Shown here: piece after piece, positions 1 through 9,083 of the stretch
Layout: every line of letters starts with the position of its first letter
Numbering within the stretch: position 1 is the first letter of the stretch
NCBI GenBank assembly: GCA_002189035.1
Contig: NEEC01000310.1
Span: forward strand, 1-13,107
Source: Utricularia gibba
Taxonomy: Eukaryota > Plantae > Magnoliophyta
DNA length: 13,107 nt
Direction of reading: 5' to 3'
The notes under the pieces: model-generated
What the model saw: only the letters and a program-made list of their open reading frames with translations
Databases searched by the model: none
What the model was told of the DNA's origin: nothing
Position numbers and translations under genes: made by a program

Positions 1-312
1 CCTAGAGCGCCTCCTCAAATATAAATCAGGTTGTTGAGAAAACCATTTGGGGTGCTCATGACATCCTAACTTCAGCAAATGCATCACGATTTCATCGAGT
101 AGCACCCGATTGGGCTCAGGAGCCAGACCGAACCTTGGGCCCTAACAAAGCTGCCAACGACAGCACTCGCCTTAAAACGGCAAGCTATTGCTTGAAAAAC
201 CATTTAGGCAGCCGCCGAAAACCCATCGTTGATAAATGCATCACTATTTTTCCGGGCTACAACTGACTATTGGCCTGAGCCCGACCCGACCTCTGGCCAA
301 TCCCGAAACCCT
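1..312. repeat. Representative monomer (type A) showing the internal ~157+156-bp dimer structure
   Basis: Three motif pairs sit at an exact 157-bp offset: CCATTT 43/200, AAATGCATCAC 77/234, and GAGCCAGACCGAACC 120 vs GAGCCCGACCCGACC 277. The next monomer's CCATT is at 356, 156 bp after 200. Confidence 0.9.
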
Positions 313-870
313 CCGAGAGCGCCTTCTCAAATATATAGCAGAGTGTTGAGAAAACCCATTGGGGTTCTCATGACATCCTAACTAAAGCAAATGCATTACG
401 ATTTCGTCGAGTACGACCCGATTGGGCTTAGTAGCCAGACCGAATCTCGGGCCCTGACAAAGCTCCCAACTACAGCACCCACCTTAAAACGGCAAGCTGT
501 TGCTTGAAAAACCATTTAGGCAGCCGCCGAAAACCCATCGTTGATAAATGCATCACTGATTTTCCGGGCTACAACTGACTATTGGCTGAGCCCGACCCGA
601 CTCTGGCCCAATCCCGAAACCCTCCGAGGGCGCCTTCTCAAATATATAGCAGAGTGTTGAGAAAACCCATTGGGGTTCTCATGACATCCTAACTACATCA
701 AATGCGTTACGATTTTCGTCGAGTGCGACCCGATTGGGCTTAGTAGCCAGACCGAATCTCGGGCCGGACAAAGCTCCCAACGACGGCACCCGCCTTTAAA
801 TGGCAAGCTGTTGCTTGAAAAACCATGTGGGCAGCCGCCGACAAACCCAACGTTAATAAATGCATCACTT

Positions 871-1182
871 CTTTTGCCGGGCTACAGCTGACTTTGGGCT
901 CAAGACCGACCCGAATCCGGCCCGATCTCGGTGACCCACAAAAGCGCCTTGTCAAGTGTAAAGCATGCTGTTGAAAAAACCATTTGGGGTGGTCATGAGA
1001 TCCTAACTTCAATAAAGGTGTCACGATTTTCGTCGAATGGGATCGGATTGTGCTGTGAAGTCAGACCGAACCTTGGGTCCGGACGAAGTTCCCAACAACA
1101 GCACCCGCAAAAAACGACAACTTTTCCTGAAAAAAGCATGTAGGCAGCCGCCGAAAACCCAACGTTAATAAATGCATCACTT
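871..1182. repeat. Most divergent monomer-length block of the HOR (C-tail + D-head), once per HOR
   Basis: Unique strings: CAGCTGACTTTGGGCTCAAG, GATCTCGGTGACCCACAAAAGCGCCTTGTCAAGTG, AATAAAGGTGTCACG, GAATGGGATCGGATTGTGCTGTGAAG, CGCAAAAAAACGACAACTTTTCC. It still aligns to the 313-bp frame. Counterparts are in D copies starting at 3439, 5634, 7828, 10023 and 12210. Confidence 0.9.
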
Positions 1183-2189
1183 TTTTGGCCGGGCTACAAA
1201 TGACTATGGGCCAGAGCACGACTCGACCATTTGCTCGATACTAGTGCCAGCCTAGAGCGCCTCCTCAAATATAAATCAGGTTGTTGAGAAAACCATTTGG
1301 GGTGCTCATGACATCCTAACATCAAAAAATGCATCACGATTTTCATCGAGTAGCACCCGATTGGGCTCAGGAGCCAGACCGAACCTTGGGCCCTTACAAA
1401 GCTGCCAACGACAGCACCCGCCTTAAAATGGCAAGCTATTGCTTGAAAAACCATTCAGGCAGCCGCCGAAAACCCAACGTTGATAAATGCATCACTTATT
1501 TTCCGGGCTTCAACTAACTATGGGCCTAGCCCGACCCGACCTCTGGCCCAATCCCGAAACCCCCCAAGAGCGCCTTCTGAAATATAAAGTAGAGTGTTGA
1601 GAAAACCCATTGGGGTTCTCATGACATCCTAAATAAAGCAAATGCATTACGATTTCGTCGAGTACGACCCGATTGGGCTTAGTAGCCAGACCGAATCTCG
1701 GGCCCTGACAAAGCTCCCAACTACAGCACCCCCTTAAAACGGCAAGCTGTTGCTTGAAAAACCATTTAGGCAGCCGCCGAAAACCCAACGTTGATATATG
1801 CATCACTTATTTTCCGGGCCACAACTGACTATGGGCCTGAGCCCGACCCGACCTCTGGCCCAATCCTGAAACCCCCCAAGAGCGCCTTCTGAAATATAAA
1901 GTAGAGTGTTGAGAAACCCATTGGGGTTCTCATGACATCCTAACTACAGCAAATGCGTTACGATTTTTCGTCGAGTGCGACCCGATTGGGCTTAGTAGCC
2001 AGACCGAATCTCGGGCCGGACAAAGCTCCCAACGACAGCACCCGCCTTTAAATGGCAAGCTGTTGCTTGAAAAACCATGTGGGCAGCCGCCGACAACCCA
2101 ACGTTAATAAATGCATCACTTTTTTGGCCAGGCTACAAATGACTATGGGCCAGAGCGCGACTCGACCATTTGCTCGATACTGGTGCCCG

Positions 2190-4693
2190 CCTAGAGCGCC
2201 TCCTCAAATATAAATCAGGTTGTTGAGAAAACCATTTGGGGTGCTCATGACATCCTAACTTCAGCAAATGCATCACGATTTTCATCGAGTAGCACCCGAT
2301 TGGGCTCAGGAGCCAGACCGAACCTTGGGCCCTAAAAGCTGCCAACGACAGCACTCGCCTTAAAACGGCAAGCTATTGCTTGAAAAAACCATTTAGGCAG
2401 CCGCCGAAAACCATCGTTGATAAATGCATCACTTATTTTCCGGGCTACAACTGACTATTGGCCTGAGCCCGACCGACCTCTGGCCCAATCCCGAAACCCC
2501 GAAGAGCGCCTTCTCAAATATATAGCAGAGTGTTGAGAAAACCCATTGGGGTTCTCATGACATCCTAACTAAAGCAAATGCATTACGATTTCGTCGAGTA
2601 CGACGCGATTGGGCTTAGTAGCCAGACCGAATCTCGGGCCCTGACAAAGCTCCCAACAGCAACCCACCTTAAAACGGCAAGCTGTTGCTTGAAAAACCAT
2701 GTGGGCAGCCGCCGACAACCCATCGTTGATAAATGCATCACTTATTTTCCGGGCTACAACTGACTATTGGGCCTGAGCCCGACCCGACCTCTGGCCCAAT
2801 CCCGAAACCCTCCGAGAGCGCCTTCTCAAATATATAGCAGAGTGTTGAGAAAACCCATTGGGGTTCTCATGACATCCTAACTAAAGCAAATGCATTACGA
2901 TTTCGTCGAGTACGACCCGATTGGGCTTAGTAGCCAGACCGAATCTCGGGCCCTGACAAAGCTCCCAACTACAGCACCCACCTTAAAACGGCAAGCTGTT
3001 GCTTGAAAAACCATTTAGGCAGCCGCCGAAAACCCATCGTTGATAAATGCATCACTTATTTTCCGGGCTACAACTGACTATTGGCCTGAGCCCGACCCGA
3101 CCTCTGGCCCAATCCCGAAACCCTCCGAGGGCGCCTTCTCAAATATATAGCAGAGTGTTGAGAAAACCCATTGGGGTTCTCATGACATCCTAACTACATC
3201 AAATGCGTTACGATTTTCGTCGAGTGCGACCCGATTGGGCTTAGTAGCCAGACCGAATCTCGGGCCGGACAAAGCTCCCAACGACAGCACCCGCCTTTAA
3301 ATGGCAAGCTGTTGCTTGAAAAACCATGTGGGCAGCCGCCGACAACCCAACGTTAATAAATGCATCACTTCTTTTGCCGGGCTACAGCTGACTTTGGGCT
3401 CAAGACCCGACCCGAATCCGGCCCGATCTCGGTGACCCACAAAAGCGCCTTGTCAAGTGTAAAGCATGCTGTTGAAAAAACCATTTGGGGTGGTCATGAG
3501 ATCCTAACTTCAATAAAGGTGTCACGATTTTCGTCGAATGGGATCGGATTGTGCTGTGAAGTCAGACCGAACCTTGGGTCCGGACGAAGTTCCCAACAAC
3601 AGCACCCGCAAAAAAACGACAACTTTTCCTCGAAAAAAGCATGTAGGCAGCCGCCGAAAACCCAACGTTAATAAATGCATCACTTTTTTGGCCGGGCTAC
3701 AAATGACTATGGGCCAGAGCACGACTCGACCATTTGCTCGATACTAGTGCCAGCCTAGAGCGCCTCCTCAAATATAAATCAGGTTGTTGAGAAAACCATT
3801 TGGGTGCTCATGACATCCTAACTTCAAAAAATGCATCACGATTTTCATCGAGTAGCACCCGATTGGGCTCAGGAGCCAGACCGAACCTTGGGCCCTTACA
3901 AAGCTGCCAACGACAGCACCCGCCTTAAAATGGCAAGCTATTGCTTGAAAAACCATTCAGGCAGCCGCCGAAAACCCAACGTTGATAAATGCATCACTTA
4001 TTTTCCGGGCTTCAACTAACTATGGGCCATAGCCCGACCCGACCTCTGGCCCAATCCCGAAACCCCCCAAGAGCGCCTTCTGAAATATAAAGTAGAGTGT
4101 TGAGAAAACCCATTGGGGTTCTCATGACATCCTAAATAAAGCAAATGCATTACGATTTCGTCGAGTACGACCCGATTGGGCTTAGTAGCCAGACCGAATC
4201 TCGGGCCCTGACAAAGCTCCCAACTACAGCACCCACCTTAAAACGGCAAGCTGTTGCTTGAAAAACCATTTAGGCAGCCGCCGAAAACCCAACGTTGATA
4301 TATGCATCACTTATTTTCCGGGCCACAACTGACTATGGGCCTGAGCCCGACCCGACCTCTGGCCCAATCCTGAAACCCCCCAAGAGCGCCTTCTGAAATA
4401 TAAAGTAGAGTGTTGAGAAAACCCATTGGGGTTCTCATGACATCCTAACTACAGCAAATGCGTTACGATTTTCGTCGAGTGCGACCCGATTGGGCTTAGT
4501 AGCCAGACCGAATCTCGGGCCGGACAAAGCTCCCAACGACAGCACCCGCCTTTAAATGGCAAGCTGTTGCTTGAAAAACCATGTGGGCAGCCGCCGACAA
4601 CCCAACGTTAATAAATGCATCACTTTTTTGGCCAGGCTACAAATGACTATGGGCCAGAGCGCGACTCGACCATTTGCTCGATACTGGTGCCCG
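2190..4693. repeat. HOR copy 2, variant 8-mer (A-B*-B-C-D-E-F-G), 2504 bp
   Basis: Monomer starts: A 2190, B* 2500, B 2812, C 3125, D 3439, E 3754, F 4067, G 4380. It has one more monomer than the other copies. Confidence 0.95.
2500..2811. repeat. Extra B-like variant monomer (B*), single copy in the window
   Basis: B-type body (TAACTAAAGCAAATGCATTACG; GGGCCCTGACAAAG). Private changes: start CGAAGAGCGCC, GACGCGATT at 2605, CCAACAGCAACCC. It also has a C/G-type patch CCATGTGGGCAGCCGCCGACAACC at ~2697-2720. Confidence 0.9.
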
Positions 4694-6887
4694 CCTAGAG
4701 CGCCTCCTCAAATATAAATCAGGTTGTTGAGAAAACCATTTGGGGTGCTCATGACATCCTAACTTCAGCAAATGCATCACGATTTTCATCGAGTAGCACC
4801 CGATTGGGCTCAGGAGCCAGACCGAACCTTGGGCCCTAACAAAGCTGCCAACGACAGCACTCGCCTTAAAACGGCAAGCTATTGCTTGAAAAACCATTTA
4901 GGCAGCCGCCGAAAACCCATCGTTGATAAATGCATCACTTATTTTCCGGGCTACAACTGACTATTGGCCTGAGCCCGACCCGACCTCTGGCCCAATCCCG
5001 AAACCCTCCGAGAGCGCCTTCTCAAATATATAGCAGAGTGTTGAGAAAACCCATTGGGGTTCTCATGACATCCTAACTAAAGCAAATGCATTACGATTTC
5101 GTCGAGTACGACCCGATTGGGCTTAGTAGCCAGACCGAATCTCGGGCCCTGACAAAGCTCCCAACTACAGCACCCACCTTAAAACGGCAAGCTGTTGCTT
5201 GAAAAACCATTTAGGCAGCCGCCGAAAACCCATCGTTGATAAATGCATCACTTATTTTCCGGGCTACAACTGACTATTGGCCTGAGCCCGACCCGACCTC
5301 TGGCCCAATCCCGAAACCCTCCGAGGGCGCCTTCTCAAATATATAGCAGAGTGTTGAGAAAACCCATTGGGGTTCTCATGACATCCTAACTACATCAAAT
5401 GCGTTACGATTTTCGTCGAGTGCGACCCGATTGGGCTTAGTAGCCAGACCGAATCTCGGGCCGGACAAAGCTCCCAACGACAGCACCCGCCTTTAAATGG
5501 CAAGCTGTTGCTTGAAAAACCATGTGGGCAGCCGCCGACAACCCAACGTTAATAAATGCATCACTTCTTTTGCCGGGCTACAGCTGACTTTGGGCTCAAG
5601 ACCGACCCGAATCCGGCCCGATCTCGGTGACCCACAAAAGCGCCTTGTCAAGTGTAAAGCATGCTGTTGAAAAAACCATTTGGGGTGGTCATGAGATCCT
5701 AACTTCAATAAAGGTGTCACGATTTTCGTCGAATGGGATCGGATTGTGCTGTGAAGTCAGACCGAACCTTGGGTCCGGACGAAGTTCCCAACAACAGCAC
5801 CCGCAAAAAAACGACAACTTTTCCTCGAAAAAAGCATGTAGGCAGCCGCCGAAAACCCAACGTTAATAAATGCATCACTTTTTTGGCCGGGCTACAAATG
5901 ACTATGGGCCAGAGCACGACTCGACCATTTGCTCGATACTAGTGCCAGCCTAGAGCGCCTCCTCAAATATAAATCAGGTTGTTGAGAAAACCATTTGGGG
6001 TGCTCATGACATCCTAACTTCAAAAAATGCATCACGATTTTCATCGAGTAGCACCCGATTGGGCTCAGGAGCCAGACCGAACCTTGGGCCCTTACAAAGC
6101 TGCCAACGACAGCACCCGCCTTAAAATGGCAAGCTATTGCTTGAAAAACCATTCAGGCAGCCGCCGAAAACCCAACGTTGATAAATGCATCACTTATTTT
6201 CCGGGCTTCAACTAACTATGGGCCATAGCCCGACCCGACCTCTGGCCCAATCCCGAAACCCCCAAGAGCGCCTTCTGAAATATAAAGTAGAGTGTTGAGA
6301 AAACCCATTGGGGTTCTCATGACATCCTAAATAAAGCAAATGCATTACGATTTCGTCGAGTACGACCCGATTGGGCTTAGTAGCCAGACCGAATCTCGGG
6401 CCCTGACAAAGCTCCCAACTACAGCACCCACCTTAAAACGGCAAGCTGTTGCTTGAAAAACCATTTAGGCAGCCGCCGAAAACCCAACGTTGATATATGC
6501 ATCACTTATTTTCCGGGCCACAACTGACTATGGGCCTGAGCCCGACCCGACCTCTGGCCCAATCCTGAAACCCCCAAGAGCGCCTTCTGAAATATAAAGT
6601 AGAGTGTTGAGAAAACCCATTGGGGTTCTCATGACATCCTAACTACAGCAAATGCGTTACGATTTTCGTCGAGTGCGACCCGATTGGGCTTAGTAGCCAG
6701 ACCGAATCTCGGGCCGGACAAAGCTCCCAACGACAGCACCCGCCTTTAAATGGCAAGCTGTTGCTTGAAAAACCATGTGGGCAGCCGCCGACAACCCAAC
6801 GTTAATAAATGCATCACTTTTTTGGCCAGGCTACAAATGACTATGGGCCAGAGCGCGACTCGACCATTTGCTCGATACTGGTGCCCG
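4694..6887. repeat. HOR copy 3 (7-mer), 2194 bp
   Basis: Monomer starts: A 4694, B 5008, C 5321, D 5634, E 5949, F 6262, G 6574. Essentially the consensus copy. Confidence 0.96.
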
Positions 6888-9083
6888 CCTAGAGCGCCTC
6901 CTCAAATATAAATCAGGTTGTTGAGAAAACCATTTGGGGTGCTCATGACATCCTAACTTCAGCAAATGCATCACGATTTTCATCGAGTAGCACCCGATTG
7001 GGCTCAGGAGCCAGACCGAACCTTGGGCCCTAACAAAGCTGCCAACGACAGCACTCGCCTTAAAACGGCAAGCTATTGCTTGAAAAACCATTTAGGCAGC
7101 CGCCGAAAACCCATCGTTGATAAATGCATCACTTATTTTCCGGGCTACAACTGACTATTGGCCTGAGCCCGACCCGACCTCTGGCCCAATCCCGAAACCC
7201 TCCGAGAGCGCCTTCTCAAATATATAGCAGAGTGTTGAGAAAACCCATTGGGGTTCTCATGACATCCTAACTAAAGCAAATGCATTACGATTTCGTCGAG
7301 TACGACCCGATTGGGCTTAGTAGCCAGACCGAATCTCGGGCCCTGACAAAGCTCCCAACTACAGCACCCACCTTAAAACGGCAAGCTGTTGCTTGAAAAA
7401 CCATTTAGGCAGCCGCCGAAAACCCATCGTTGATAAATGCATCACTTATTTTCCGGGCTACAACTGACTATTGGCCTGAGCCCGACCCGACCTCTGGCCC
7501 AATCCCGAAACCCTCCGAGGGCGCCTTCTCAAATATATAGCAGAGTGTTGAGAAAACCCATTGGGGTTCTCATGACATCCTAACTACATCAAATGCGTTA
7601 CGATTTTCGTCGAGTGCGACCCGATTGGGCTTAGTAGCCAGACCGAATCTCGGGCCGGACAAAGCTCCCAACGACAGCACCCGCCTTTAAATGGCAAGCT
7701 GTTGCTTGAAAAACCATGTGGGCAGCCGCCGACAACCCAACGTTAATAAATGCATCACTTCTTTTGCCGGGCTACAGCTGACTTTGGGCTCAAGACCGAC
7801 CCGAATCCGGCCCGATCTCGGTGACCCACAAAAGCGCCTTGTCAAGTGTAAAGCATGCTGTTGAAAAAACCATTTGGGGTGGTCATGAGATCCTAACTTC
7901 AATAAAGGTGTCACGATTTTCGTCGAATGGGATCGGATTGTGCTGTGAAGTCAGACCGAACCTTGGGTCCGGACGAAGTTCCCAACAACAGCACCCGCAA
8001 AAAAACGACAACTTTTCCTCGAAAAAAGCATGTAGGCAGCCGCCGAAAACCCAACGTTAATAAATGCATCACTTTTTTGGCCGGGCTACAAATGACTATG
8101 GGCCAGAGCACGACTCGACCATTTGCTCGATACTAGTGCCAGCCTAGAGCGCCTCCTCAAATATAAATCAGGTTGTTGAGAAAACCATTTGGGGTGCTCA
8201 TGACATCCTAACTTCAAAAAATGCATCACGATTTTCATCGAGTAGCACCCGATTGGGCTCAGGAGCCAGACCGAACCTTGGGCCCTTACAAAGCTGCCAA
8301 CGACAGCACCCGCCTTAAAATGGCAAGCTATTGCTTGAAAAACCATTCAGGCAGCCGCCGAAAACCCAACGTTGATAAATGCATCACTTATTTTCCGGGC
8401 TTCAACTAACTATGGGCCATAGCCCGACCCGACCTCTGGCCCAATCCCGAAACCCCCCAAGAGCGCCTTCTGAAATATAAAGTAGAGTGTTGAGAAAACC
8501 CATTGGGGTTCTCATGACATCCTAAATAAAGCAAATGCATTACGATTTCGTCGAGTACGACCCGATTGGGCTTAGTAGCCAGACCGAATCTCGGGCCCTG
8601 ACAAAGCTCCCAACTACAGCACCCACCTTAAAACGGCAAGCTGTTGCTTGAAAAACCATTTAGGCAGCCGCCGAAAACCCAACGTTGATATATGCATCAC
8701 TTATTTTCCGGGCCACAACTGACTATGGGCCTGAGCCCGACCCGACCTCTGGCCCAATCCTGAAACCCCCCAAGAGCGCCTTCTGAAATATAAAGTAGAG
8801 TGTTGAGAAAACCCATTGGGGTTCTCATGACATCCTAACTACAGCAAATGCGTTACGATTTTCGTCGAGTGCGACCCGATTGGGCTTAGTAGCCAGACCG
8901 AATCTCGGGCCGGACAAAGCTCCCAACGACAGCACCCGCCTTTAAATGGCAAGCTGTTGCTTGAAAAACCATGTGGGCAGCCGCCGACAACCCAACGTTA
9001 ATAAATGCATCACTTTTTTGGCCAGGCTACAAATGACTATGGGCCAGAGCGCGAATCGACCATTTGCTCGATACTGGTGCCCG
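6888..9083. repeat. HOR copy 4 (7-mer), 2196 bp
   Basis: Monomer starts: A 6888, B 7202, C 7515, D 7828, E 8143, F 8457, G 8770. By eye it differs from copy 3 only in two poly-C lengths and a C>A at 9055. Confidence 0.96.

Larger units (their letters stand above)
1..2189. repeat. HOR copy 1 (7-mer A-B-C-D-E-F-G), 2189 bp
   Basis: Monomer starts by my phase (CCTAGAGCGCC-equivalent): A 1, B 313, C 624, D 938, E 1251, F 1564, G 1876. Several private 1-bp indels and SNPs (e.g. 558, 785, 1321). Confidence 0.95.

Noticed and set aside
307-313. Telomere-like words (AAACCCT, CCTAAC, TTTAGGC)
   Set aside because: These are isolated single units that are never tandem, as expected by chance.
1027-1046. 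CENP-B-box-like string TTTCGTCGAATGGGAT in monomer D
   Set aside because: It does not fit the required core TTCGNNNNANNCGGG: the spacing is short and CGGG is missing. I found no match to the core on either strand by eye.
558-1321. Singleton SNPs and 1-bp homopolymer indels (e.g. 558, 785, 1321 and many in 9950-13107) as evolutionary markers
   Set aside because: Each is seen once and most lie in homopolymers, so they cannot be distinguished from sequencing error without read data.
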